Source: Escherichia phage vB_EcoP_PAS59
Sequence record: OQ921332.1
Direction: 5' to 3' (one strand)
Length of the DNA: 64,000 nt
Every line of letters starts with the position of its first letter. Positions within the stretch are counted from its first letter, which is position 1. The notes below the pieces were generated by a model, which was not told the DNA's origin, made no database searches, and saw nothing but the letters and a program-made list of their open reading frames with translations. Below are positions 1 to 9,472 of the stretch, in pieces. The translations under genes and the position numbers were made by a program.

Positions 1-21
1 GAAGAGAATGTTCTCGAAAAC

Positions 22-996
22 ATGATGCCTATGTCCGAAATCAAGTACATCTGGAACTCTGGTACACACCTTCCCGCTTATGGTGTAAAACGTTATGGCG
101 ATAAAGAGCCTATTACCACTCAGTATTTCCGCGAAGGGTTGGAGAATGGAGACCCTCGTCCTCCGTCTCATGTAGAAACATGGGCAGAAGAAAACAACCG
201 TCCTGATATTACTGATCGCGCTGTAATGGAAACCTTTGAAGCATTCATGGATAAAGACCTCGATTCATGTCTGGTGTGGCATGAAGCAGGATTCATGGGT
301 GTTTGTACTGATGGTTGTCCTGCTGATCGCGCTCTGTTCTATCTGATGCTGAATCGCACATTCTATACAGATGATGAAAAATCTGCTGTGTATGAAATGT
401 TGAACAAGATGTATAAGAAGGGCTGGTCTCCTTTAGCCTCTCTTGCATTCAGCCGACTGATCAACTCTTCAGTGGATGTGTTCGGTAACGAACGTGTTGC
501 TTTAACAGGGAATGATTACGATTCCTGTATCTTCCAAGCATCTCTGTATACAGTGGGTGTTGGCAGTACAATGGTTGAACCTCGCCAGACCAAGTGGCGA
601 CAGTGTGAATACACCGAAGGTGAAGGGCATCTTCGTGATGAAGACTTCCCCAGTCTGCTCTACCGTAGTGAAGGTGTGCGAGACTGTCGAGTGAATAACT
701 CAATGTTCTTACCAATCCTTCTTCCTCAGTATTGCAATCTGCCGAATGGTGAACGTCCGGTCATCACAGAGAAGTCACTCTTGGTTGAATTTATCCGAGA
801 AGTAGCTGAATCTGAAACATCTTTTGATAAAATTGTGTTCGGTTATAACTGGAACAATGAAACAGCTTCAGCTCGAAGCTACAACACGTATAACATTATC
901 AGTAGTATGTCCAATGGACTGACAGGTAGTAATTATACAGTACGTCCCTCAGAAGAGTGGGAAAACATTTTGGAAAAATTATTCTTCAATAAATAG
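22..996 (+). CDS. hypothetical protein; frame is open to position 1, so the 5' end may lie outside the window
   Basis: Long ORF, no recognisable motif; no in-frame stop upstream of the first ATG. Confidence 0.45.
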   Translation: MMPMSEIKYIWNSGTHLPAYGVKRYGDKEPITTQYFREGLENGDPRPPSHVETWAEENNRPDITDRAVMETFEAFMDKDLDSCLVWHEAGFMGVCTDGCPADRALFYLMLNRTFYTDDEKSAVYEMLNKMYKKGWSPLASLAFSRLINSSVDVFGNERVALTGNDYDSCIFQASLYTVGVGSTMVEPRQTKWRQCEYTEGEGHLRDEDFPSLLYRSEGVRDCRVNNSMFLPILLPQYCNLPNGERPVITEKSLLVEFIREVAESETSFDKIVFGYNWNNETASARSYNTYNIISSMSNGLTGSNYTVRPSEEWENILEKLFFNK

Positions 997-1004
997 AGGC
1001 GAAT

Positions 1005-1955
1005 ATGTCAATCTCCGCATCGATTGCTCCGGTAACACCGGCAGAGGATTTCGGTGAGTCAGTGTTTAAAGGAAGGGCTTGCTTTGGTACTTTTAACTGT
1101 ATGCACATGTACTCTGTTACAGACATTAATGGCGACAGTCTTAGACAAACAAACCTTCGTGATAGAACTTCAGAAATTGAAGTTATTAACTTCTGGCCTC
1201 ACAATTTTTATGGCGTACCGTCTAAAGATATCGAAAGAGCTTTAGTTGAAGCAACAGACATTTTTAACTCAATGTCTTGCTATAAAGATATGTTCTCTGT
1301 CACTTCGGTGAACTCTATTGCCGTGAACCTTCGAAACCATCCAGCAGACAAGGTGTTTACTGGACTAATGACCATCCGTAGCTATTTGGATGGTGATTTT
1401 AATGGAATGGAGTTCCTTCAGGAAGGCGTACAAGACAAGGAAGAGTTGCTTAAGCGACAACGAATCGGTTTAGCTCTACGCCTAGCTGGTTTAAGTCGTA
1501 ACTTCTTTGGTCGCTGGTGTTATAGTAATGACGTAGACTCAACTGATGAGTCAGCAGCGACTTATTTTGATGGTGACATGAGTGCAATTGCATTTCTGCC
1601 ACTAATTTGCACCACTGATGAATTTTCTGAAAACGTATGGGTTCAGAATGTGTTCGGTGTTGATGATAACCGAGATGGTTATGTACGAAACCATAATGAT
1701 GGAGTTCTCCGTCGTATGGCACGTCGTCGTGACCAAGACCCTGACCATTATGAGAGTATGAGTGAGTGGTTGCGTCTCTGGTCAACTTGTGCAGGTCACA
1801 AGCGAGAAGTATTAGATCAGCGTATGGACAGAATTACTGTTCGCAGTTTTATTGAACGTCTGATGCAAGCAGTACCTTCCTCAATGACACCAGAAGAAGC
1901 TGGTGCCCGTGTTGTTTCCCTTTTTGATGAACTCGTGGAGTATTACAATGACTAA
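1005..1955 (+). CDS. hypothetical protein
   Basis: Long ORF packed between neighbours; no recognisable motif. Confidence 0.45.
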   Translation: MSISASIAPVTPAEDFGESVFKGRACFGTFNCMHMYSVTDINGDSLRQTNLRDRTSEIEVINFWPHNFYGVPSKDIERALVEATDIFNSMSCYKDMFSVTSVNSIAVNLRNHPADKVFTGLMTIRSYLDGDFNGMEFLQEGVQDKEELLKRQRIGLALRLAGLSRNFFGRWCYSNDVDSTDESAATYFDGDMSAIAFLPLICTTDEFSENVWVQNVFGVDDNRDGYVRNHNDGVLRRMARRRDQDPDHYESMSEWLRLWSTCAGHKREVLDQRMDRITVRSFIERLMQAVPSSMTPEEAGARVVSLFDELVEYYND

Positions 1956-2754
1956 GCGCGCTTTCCTTATTGGCTCTGACCCTGAAATGTTTGTTCGTAC
2001 TGCTTCCGGTATTATCACCTCTGTGGCTGGTAAGCTGGGCTGTTCTAAAGATAATAAAATTGATCTGGCTCCTGATGTTCGTCTTCAAGAAGACAACGTT
2101 CTGGCTGAATTCGATATTAACCCACAGAAAGGGTTTGAAGCGTTTGATGATAATATTCAGCGTGGTATTGATCTGACTAACAAAGTTCTCAATGAACGTG
2201 GCATGGAGGCAGCACTTGGGATTAGCTCTCATGTGTTCACTTCAGAAGAACTTGAATCATTCCACCCGTCAGCTTTTGTATTTGGCTGTACTCCTGATTT
2301 CAATGCCTTCACTGGACAAAAGAACCCTTCACCAGTCGCAACCGATAAGGGTTTGCGTACTGCTGGGGGTCATGTGCACCTTGGTGTCTCCGGGACTTTA
2401 GAGATTACTCGACAAACTCAAATGATGTTGGGTGTGTTATGTGATTACTTCCTGTCCTTGCCAGCTGTGATCATGGATAAAGACACTCGTCGTAAAGAGT
2501 TGTACGGAAAGGCTTCTGCCATTCGCTACAAAGATTACGGTATTGAATATCGTTCTCTTTCTAACTTCTGGATTGGTGATAAGTCCACTCGCAAGTTTGT
2601 TTACGAGCAAGTGGATAAGGTTGTTCAGGGTTGTGATATGGAAGTGTTGATGTCACTTCACTCTCGCCTTCCAATTGAAAAGCTTCATAACATCATCAAC
2701 AGCAACGATGTTAAAGAAGCGGATAAATTCTCCTCTAAACTCCAGATTGTATAA
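1948..2754 (+). CDS. GCS2/YbdK-like carboxylate-amine ligase (amidoligase)
   Basis: Start ATG at 1948 overlaps upstream stop (ATGACTAA); 'FLIGSDPEMFV' and 'GGHVHLGV' resemble the G-x-E-x-E strand and GxHVHvG motif of YbdK-type ligases. Confidence 0.5.
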   Translation: MTKRAFLIGSDPEMFVRTASGIITSVAGKLGCSKDNKIDLAPDVRLQEDNVLAEFDINPQKGFEAFDDNIQRGIDLTNKVLNERGMEAALGISSHVFTSEELESFHPSAFVFGCTPDFNAFTGQKNPSPVATDKGLRTAGGHVHLGVSGTLEITRQTQMMLGVLCDYFLSLPAVIMDKDTRRKELYGKASAIRYKDYGIEYRSLSNFWIGDKSTRKFVYEQVDKVVQGCDMEVLMSLHSRLPIEKLHNIINSNDVKEADKFSSKLQIV

Positions 2755-2763
2755 GGTGATATT

Positions 2764-3390
2764 GTGAGCTTGTTAAGAGATTTTCAACACTATTATTGTG
2801 GAACATGGATTGCTCAGCGATCACCTGATGGTAAAAACCTCCCTCTATATGTGCTTGATGTTCGTCAGCAAGGTAACTTTGATATCGACGACTACTCACA
2901 CGACGCTGAAAGGTCTTTAGTGTTTGAGGCGGAACGCTGGACTAAAAACTCTGAAGGTCAGTTTGAACGTCAGATTGTTAGTAATATCCCAGTGTTTGAT
3001 CACAGCCTCATTCTAGAGTCTCCAGATGTAGGATACCTTCAGCATGGTAATAACATGGTGAGCTGGACCCATATCAACCCTGTTCGTCAGCGAGCTAAAG
3101 GCTTGATGGGGAATAAACTTCGTGGTGCTGCACCTTCTCTCGGACGTTCGATTCCGGGTGATTTGGTGTACAACTTGTTTAATCCAGAGTTTGAAGGGTT
3201 GGTTACTCGTTTCATCTATATCAACCCTGTCGATGGAAAAGTGTATTACAAAGGGGCTTACGTTGGAAACGTGCTTCTTGAAGCTGGCTATGGCGACAAC
3301 GGTCGCCAATCTTTAAACCTTCTGGAGAAGTTCAAGCACATTTCTTCAGACCTGTCATCATATAATGTAGAGTTGGTGGAATCACTATGA
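2764..3390 (+). CDS. hypothetical protein (GTG start)
   Basis: ORF embedded in the amidoligase island; no motif recognised. Confidence 0.4.
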   Translation: MSLLRDFQHYYCGTWIAQRSPDGKNLPLYVLDVRQQGNFDIDDYSHDAERSLVFEAERWTKNSEGQFERQIVSNIPVFDHSLILESPDVGYLQHGNNMVSWTHINPVRQRAKGLMGNKLRGAAPSLGRSIPGDLVYNLFNPEFEGLVTRFIYINPVDGKVYYKGAYVGNVLLEAGYGDNGRQSLNLLEKFKHISSDLSSYNVELVESL

Positions 3391-4487
3391 CAACCGTAGC
3401 ACAAGTTTTTGGATACCGTAACCCTCGCTTATCTGAACCGCATCCAAGCATTGCTTTTCAGTGTGGTGTTGGTATTGAGTTAGAAGTCGAAGGTACTACT
3501 GACATTGACGTTGATATGTGGGTTTGTACTGAAGACGGCTCTCTTCGTGATGGTTGTGAGTTAGTGTGTTCACGACCTTACAACGGTGAAGAATTACTTC
3601 GTGCTATTAACAATCTGAGTGAAGCAGTACAGGATTCTGGAGCCGAGGGGACTTGGCGCTGCTCCACTCACGTTCATATGGATATGCGGGACGCTGATAG
3701 TAATATCCTTAAGAAAGTTATTCTTGGGTGGACGTTCTATGAAAAGATGATGTTCAAATGTTCTGGATATCATCGTTACCGTAGTAACTTCTGCCCAGCT
3801 TTTGCTGTTGTTCAAGCTCAAGTTATGAATGCTTCATCAGCGTTCAACCGAGATGGGGAAGATTTCTTCCGTACTCTTGTTAATAGCTGGGACAAGTATA
3901 CCTCCCTTAACCTGTTGCCTCTATCTCAGTTTGGTTCTGTTGAGTTTCGTATTTCAGAGCCGAAGTGGAAAAAGAGTCAGCTGCTAAATCTGGTCAATCG
4001 CTTCTTGGTTCTCAAGAAACTGGCTGTTGAATATGCAGATTTAGATAATGAAGCTTATGTTGAGAAGTTGAATGAGCTGCGCTTCGCTCCTATGATTCAA
4101 CATCTACCTCTAGACTATACTCCAAGAGATAGCGATCTCACTGAAGGGTATCGTCTTGCCCGTGATATTCTGTTCTGTCGTGAGCAATCTGTAACTTTGG
4201 TTGGTCGTGTTCGTGTGCAACAGACTGGCCCTGATGGTGAAGTCCTTATCAACTTACGTGACATGAATGACTTCTATGGTTTCTTGGGATATGTGCGCGG
4301 TAATGCCAACACTGTCTATGAAGAGATCATGACCTACTACACCCCTCAGATTGAAAGCACTCGAATCGCAACGGTTCGTGAAATTCGTCACATGTTTGCA
4401 TTGATGCGTGAATCAGGTAGCAGTGATAATAACATCACTGATTACATTCCAGACCATCTGGAAATGCAATTAGAACGACTGCTGTAA
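3387..4487 (+). CDS. amidoligase-like protein (glutamine-synthetase-like fold)
   Basis: 'GVGIELEVEG', 'DGSLRDGCELV', 'STHVHMD' resemble the amidoligase/GCS2 superfamily. Confidence 0.5.
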   Translation: MTTVAQVFGYRNPRLSEPHPSIAFQCGVGIELEVEGTTDIDVDMWVCTEDGSLRDGCELVCSRPYNGEELLRAINNLSEAVQDSGAEGTWRCSTHVHMDMRDADSNILKKVILGWTFYEKMMFKCSGYHRYRSNFCPAFAVVQAQVMNASSAFNRDGEDFFRTLVNSWDKYTSLNLLPLSQFGSVEFRISEPKWKKSQLLNLVNRFLVLKKLAVEYADLDNEAYVEKLNELRFAPMIQHLPLDYTPRDSDLTEGYRLARDILFCREQSVTLVGRVRVQQTGPDGEVLINLRDMNDFYGFLGYVRGNANTVYEEIMTYYTPQIESTRIATVREIRHMFALMRESGSSDNNITDYIPDHLEMQLERLL

Positions 4488-4564
4488 CACAATGGGCGCT
4501 CTGATAAAGGGCGCATTTAAAGGTTAATTAGATGAAAGGGTTTACCCTTCAGGTGGATTAGAAA

Positions 4565-6598
4565 ATTTGTGGTATCGTATTAGCTGGCGGCAACATGACC
4601 TCAACAGATTTGGATATTTTCAACCAACTTCTGTATGCTGGTGTTTTCCGTGGACAGCACTCAACTGGTGTGTTTGGTCAGCGTAAAGGTGAAAAGCAAG
4701 TCTTCTCTTATAAAGAAGCTCTTCCTTCTTATGCTTTTATGCTCCAGACAGAATATACAAATATTACCAAAGGGCTTACGAACTACGTAGTTCCTCCTTC
4801 GTGGATTGTTGGTCACAGCCGACATGCCACTCGTGGGGCTGTCAATGCTCGAAATGCTCACCCATTTACTCACGGGGATATTACTCTGGTTCATAATGGA
4901 ACCCTGTTAGATCAAGATCTCCTTCCTGACAGTAAGCGTTTCGAAGTTGATAGTGAAAACATCTGCCACTCAATTAATACCATTGGAGCAGCAGAGACTA
5001 TCCAAAAACTGGATGGTGCATTCACTTTGATTTGGCATGATGCTAAAGACAACACGCTTCACATTATCCGTAATGATGAGCGTCCTTTCCACCTAGCCCG
5101 TTGTGGTTTAGATTGGTTTGGGGCTTCTGAAGAAGCTATGCTTATGTGGATTTTAGAGCGTTCTAAATCCCACAAGAACCGTATCAATGACCACTTCGAA
5201 TGTAAAGTGGGAACTGAGTATATCTTTGATGTGTCTAACAGTCGTATGACTCTGGTTCAAGAGGTGGAGCACAAGCTTCCGGTTTTTACGATAACGAGTC
5301 GCTGGGGCGGCTATTACTCGAACTCCTCTCTATATCAGAACCGACAGACAAACAAATCAAGCAGCAGCACAAGCGACATTTACGGAAACAAAGACGACAA
5401 GCCCGGCGTGACAAGCGGAGACATTCGTCGTCGTAAAGCGATTGAAGACCAGAACAAACTGGCTGCCGATCGTGGTCTTCCTTATCGTCGTGATGGTCGT
5501 GTGGATATTATTCCTCACGAGTTCCATGCTTATAACAACACAGATCGTGGTAAGATGGTTGGTTACATCTACGACGATAAAGCCCAAGAGTATGTCGAAG
5601 GGGATGTTCACAACGTAGCCAAAGATGAATATCTTAAGGCTCTTGAAAACCCAAAGGTAGTATATCGCGGGACGATTGCTTGTATCTCCGAAGTGGACAG
5701 TATGATTCGCCTCGTACTAACTTCAGGGCTGTTTGTTGATGCTACAGATAAGGAGCCTCAAAGCACTACTGCTGATTTTGATGATGATATCCCTTTTGAT
5801 GCAGAGGACTCCTTCATCACTAAAAATGGTGTAGAAGTCACTCGTAAGTTCTGGGAATCTCACTCTCATGGAGATTGTGGTGGCTGTGATAAGCACATTG
5901 ACTGGAAAGATGCTCGTAAGGCTGTGTTTGCTTACCAAGCGTACTGGCATCCAGAATGCTTCGAAGCGTTGTCTAAAACCTCTGAAGAGGAAGAAGACGT
6001 ACCTTTGGGTGTATGTGCTGTCTGTGGTGAAGTCAAGACTGATTTCGAGTTTGACAACGAAATGAGTAAACTTCGTGGTGAAGATATTTGTTATATCTGC
6101 TCCAAAGAAATCAAAGATAAAGTAAAAAATGTTACTCTGTCTGAAGGTTATATTTGGACTAAAGCAGTAGACACAACTAATCCGCGTCGTCCTGAAGTGG
6201 CTGTTCGTGTTGATGAACGTATGCTTAGCCGTATGATTGTAATGGTCAGCTCAGCAAAACGTTCAGGGGATATTACACTCGCAGATGTTCCTAACTCATA
6301 TTTGGAAAAACGTGGTGGCGATACTTATGCCATTTCCGTTTACGGTCCAAAGAATGCCCCAAAGGAGGTACCCGCTGAGAAAGCGGAGACATTTCCAGAA
6401 AAATCAACCTCTCTCCGAAAAACAGTTGTCAGTTATGACGGACAACGAACAGCTGAGTTCACAAAAGCCCTCTGGACTTCAATTGGGTTTTGTGCAGTCT
6501 GTTATAAACAAATTCCGTGGCGTGATGCAGAAACTTGCTCACTAAACAAAGAAAATAGAGTGATCTGTAATTCAGATTACTGTAAAGGTAAACACTAA
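4565..6598 (+). CDS. class-II (Ntn) glutamine amidotransferase domain protein with Cys-rich C-terminal region; predicted AUU start
   Basis: In-frame 'I-CGIVLAGG...RGQHSTGV...HPF...LVHNGTL' begins right after an in-frame TAG; AGGTGG 8 nt upstream of ATT at 4565; C-terminal CxxC clusters. Confidence 0.6.
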   Translation: MCGIVLAGGNMTSTDLDIFNQLLYAGVFRGQHSTGVFGQRKGEKQVFSYKEALPSYAFMLQTEYTNITKGLTNYVVPPSWIVGHSRHATRGAVNARNAHPFTHGDITLVHNGTLLDQDLLPDSKRFEVDSENICHSINTIGAAETIQKLDGAFTLIWHDAKDNTLHIIRNDERPFHLARCGLDWFGASEEAMLMWILERSKSHKNRINDHFECKVGTEYIFDVSNSRMTLVQEVEHKLPVFTITSRWGGYYSNSSLYQNRQTNKSSSSTSDIYGNKDDKPGVTSGDIRRRKAIEDQNKLAADRGLPYRRDGRVDIIPHEFHAYNNTDRGKMVGYIYDDKAQEYVEGDVHNVAKDEYLKALENPKVVYRGTIACISEVDSMIRLVLTSGLFVDATDKEPQSTTADFDDDIPFDAEDSFITKNGVEVTRKFWESHSHGDCGGCDKHIDWKDARKAVFAYQAYWHPECFEALSKTSEEEEDVPLGVCAVCGEVKTDFEFDNEMSKLRGEDICYICSKEIKDKVKNVTLSEGYIWTKAVDTTNPRRPEVAVRVDERMLSRMIVMVSSAKRSGDITLADVPNSYLEKRGGDTYAISVYGPKNAPKEVPAEKAETFPEKSTSLRKTVVSYDGQRTAEFTKALWTSIGFCAVCYKQIPWRDAETCSLNKENRVICNSDYCKGKH

Positions 6599-6609
6599 GA
6601 GGTATAGTT

Positions 6610-6843
6610 ATGGAAGTTCGTAAACTGATGTTGGATAACGTGGTAACTACCCGTCGTATTCCGATGACAAGCACAGGATGTGATAACCTCCGAGCAATTC
6701 AGAAGTGGATGCAAGAAGGTATTGGGAAGCTGGTTGACTCTCCAGTAGAAATCCCTTTTCCAACCGTTATCAATAACGTGTTGGCTGACTATGTTAAAAT
6801 GAAGGGGATTAAAGTTGAGCCTCATGTCAAGCAAGGGAGCTAA
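6610..6843 (+). CDS. hypothetical small protein
   Basis: ORF only. Confidence 0.3.
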   Translation: MEVRKLMLDNVVTTRRIPMTSTGCDNLRAIQKWMQEGIGKLVDSPVEIPFPTVINNVLADYVKMKGIKVEPHVKQGS

Positions 6844-7045
6844 GCCTCACCTGACAATGCTGGAGTATCAACAACTCCGACTTCAACAACTGGTAACGGA
6901 GCAGCGAAAGCTGTATCCGTTTGCTTTTAACTTAATCGACTCTCCAAGTGATGCCCAAGAAGACGAAATGTTCGCCGAGTATTGGGCAATCGAAGCTAAA
7001 ATTCAATCCTGTCGTAACGAAATTCTTAAACTAAAAGGTATCTAA
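6815..7045 (+). CDS. hypothetical small protein (start uncertain)
   Basis: ORF only; overlaps the previous ORF. Confidence 0.3.
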   Translation: MSLMSSKGAKPHLTMLEYQQLRLQQLVTEQRKLYPFAFNLIDSPSDAQEDEMFAEYWAIEAKIQSCRNEILKLKGI

Positions 7046-7047
7046 AA

Positions 7048-8295
7048 ATGACTACTCGTATCCGTGTTCTTCCGTATGGCCCGTCTGATTCTGTTAACGC
7101 TCTGGTATCTGCTATCAGTGATACTATCCGTGATGAACGTATCAACGCTAACATAATGGGTCTTCTTTCAGAGAACAGTCGCTGGCGTTCTCGTGAGGAT
7201 GATGTGGTTGTGAACTACGGGAACCGTCGCTATCCTGAATCCTTCTTTGGTTCTGCAACTGTCCTTAACCGTACCGCAGCCTTACATATGGCAGCGAACA
7301 AACGTCGTGCTTTCAGCGTGATGGACCAAGCAGGTGTTAAAACTGTTGAGTATACAGATGTTCAAGAGATTGCTCAGGAGTGGTCAAACTCTGGCAACAT
7401 TGTGTATGAACGTCATGAACTGACTGGTCACTCTGGTTCGGGTATCGTTGTTGTTGAGCCTCGTGATTCAATTGGTCAAGCTGAACTGTACACCAAAGGT
7501 ATTCAAGGTCCACGTCGTGAATGGCGTGTCCATGTGTTCAAAGGTGTTATCACCTATGTTCAGAAGAAGATTCGTCGTAACGGCTATCGTGAAGACCCTA
7601 ACTATCGTGAAGATGTTCGTAACCATCACACTGGTTGGGTTTACTCAAGTTCCTTCACAGACGCTCCAAATGATGCATCTCTGATCAACGCAGTGAAGGC
7701 CGTTGAATCGATGGGTCTGGATTTTGGTGCAGTTGATATCATTACCAAAGGCCGAGAAGCATGGGTACTGGAAGTTAACACAGCACCGGGCCTGACTGGT
7801 ACAACTCTGGATATCTACCGTCACAACATCCTTGAGTTTGTTAAAGCTCAAAATCCTCTCTATACTCCTCAGTATAAAGTGGGTTACCAGACTCCTGTTG
7901 AAGCTCCAATCGAAGACGGAGATGGAGAGTTGGTAGATGACAGCGAAAGCGCTAATGATGAAAACTTTGCACTGGAAGGTCAGGTAGCACAGCCGGTTGA
8001 GTTGGTAGATGTAGTTCCTGAAGAGATGCAACTGGAAGGTCAGATGAATACTCAAACTATTCGTAATGCACCTACTGGTTACACTTTATCTCGTGGTTAT
8101 TGGATTGCAGATATCCGTCATGTCCATAACAACCTGCAACCGAATGCAATGTCTTCCAATGTCATTTTGTTCTGTGATGGTCGTAACTTCTACCGTAGTG
8201 GCTGGAACGTTCCGGTCAATCCAGTCCAGATTCATAACCCTCGCAAGTTAGAATCTGTCAATGTTGAAGGTAGCGAAGTAGCAGTAACTCTGTAA
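7048..8295 (+). CDS. ATP-grasp family ligase
   Basis: 'EWRVHVFKG...LDFGAVDIITKGREAWVLEVNTAPGL' matches the ATP-grasp C-terminal signature. Confidence 0.65.
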   Translation: MTTRIRVLPYGPSDSVNALVSAISDTIRDERINANIMGLLSENSRWRSREDDVVVNYGNRRYPESFFGSATVLNRTAALHMAANKRRAFSVMDQAGVKTVEYTDVQEIAQEWSNSGNIVYERHELTGHSGSGIVVVEPRDSIGQAELYTKGIQGPRREWRVHVFKGVITYVQKKIRRNGYREDPNYREDVRNHHTGWVYSSSFTDAPNDASLINAVKAVESMGLDFGAVDIITKGREAWVLEVNTAPGLTGTTLDIYRHNILEFVKAQNPLYTPQYKVGYQTPVEAPIEDGDGELVDDSESANDENFALEGQVAQPVELVDVVPEEMQLEGQMNTQTIRNAPTGYTLSRGYWIADIRHVHNNLQPNAMSSNVILFCDGRNFYRSGWNVPVNPVQIHNPRKLESVNVEGSEVAVTL

Positions 8296-8321
8296 TTAAA
8301 TTAAACAAAAAGGAATTTGTA

Positions 8322-8564
8322 ATGTTGTCTATCGAAGATTTGATCAGCCGTGGAATGACCGAAGAAAAAGAGCCTCTGATTGTAGGCTCTCGTAAAGCTA
8401 TCAACCAACTCTGTGAAGAGTTCGGTATCACAAATAAGAGAATGATTGGTAATCAGTTCTCTGCAATCATCACCTTCCTCAAACGAGGTGATAAATATTC
8501 AATGGAAAGTGCTGAGCGTATCATCGCAATTGCACAAGCAGATAAGGGAGTAACAAGTCTGTGA
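8322..8564 (+). CDS. hypothetical protein
   Basis: ORF only. Confidence 0.35.
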   Translation: MLSIEDLISRGMTEEKEPLIVGSRKAINQLCEEFGITNKRMIGNQFSAIITFLKRGDKYSMESAERIIAIAQADKGVTSL

Positions 8565-8746
8565 ATAAATATACAATCATGTTTCGTACAGTAACATCAG
8601 AAGGGAATATTCAATCTCTGGATATTCAAGCAGACCGCTTTGAATCACTTGGAACAAATGTCAATTTCTTCCGAGGCGCAGAGCTAGTAGGTACGTTCCA
8701 ATCTGATGTATTAACTGGTGTGATCAAACACTTCGAAGTAGAATAA
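8561..8746 (+). CDS. hypothetical protein
   Basis: ORF overlapping upstream stop. Confidence 0.3.
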   Translation: MNKYTIMFRTVTSEGNIQSLDIQADRFESLGTNVNFFRGAELVGTFQSDVLTGVIKHFEVE

Positions 8747-8812
8747 TTTGCTTTAGCCTCTTCGAAAGAGGAGGCTAGTTCGAATTTAACTGAAACACTA
8801 AAAGGTAATATA

Positions 8813-9244
8813 ATGTCTGATAAAGTACTAGTTGCAACTTACGGAAGCTTGAGAAAAGGTCAACACAACCACGCTATCAATGCTCGTGCAGGTGGTGTGT
8901 CTATTGGTGAAGGGTGGACAGTAAACAACTGTAACCTGTATCAGTATTGCACAGCATACTTCCCAAGTGTATCTTTGGAGCATGACAGCAATGGTAAGCC
9001 TGTTCGTGTAGAAGTCTTTGAAACAACCCAAGCTGGTCTGGAAGGTCCGTATGACGGTCTGGAAGGTCATCGTGGTAATGATAACCCATACACCTTTTAT
9101 AAGCGTACACTGATTCCAGTATTATTGGACAGCGGTGAAACTGTGGAAGCGTGGATTTATCACATCGACGAAGAACAAGATGTTCTGGTTGAATCGGGTG
9201 ACTGGACAGCATATCTGGCAGGTGAGAAGGATGACAGTAACTGA
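8813..9244 (+). CDS. gamma-glutamyl cyclotransferase / AIG2-like protein
   Basis: N-terminal 'VATYGSLRKG' (YGSL motif typical of the GGCT/AIG2 fold), about 140 aa. Confidence 0.5.
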   Translation: MSDKVLVATYGSLRKGQHNHAINARAGGVSIGEGWTVNNCNLYQYCTAYFPSVSLEHDSNGKPVRVEVFETTQAGLEGPYDGLEGHRGNDNPYTFYKRTLIPVLLDSGETVEAWIYHIDEEQDVLVESGDWTAYLAGEKDDSN

Positions 9245-9437
9245 CAGGCAGAAGTTAAGAAAGCTTGAATCTGACTACTTAAAGATGCGGTGGAAGATTA
9301 ATCGCTATGAAAAGTTTGTCAGTATGCTCACACCTGATAAGCACTCTGAAGAGTTTATTCACAGAACAAAGCAAACCTTGCAGGGTTTTCGAAACTTGCA
9401 AGATGACGTGTGGGAAGAAATACGATCGTTTTATTAA
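9230..9437 (+). CDS. hypothetical small protein
   Basis: ATG at 9230 preceded by GAGAAGG; overlaps the end of the upstream gene. Confidence 0.35.
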
Positions 9438-9472
9438 GAAGATTGCTCAAGGAATTCCAAGGAGGATAGAGC

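Noticed and set aside
8745-8795. Hairpin TAGCCTC...GAGGCTA after ORF 8561-8746
   Set aside because: No U-tract follows it, so an intrinsic-terminator call is unsupported.
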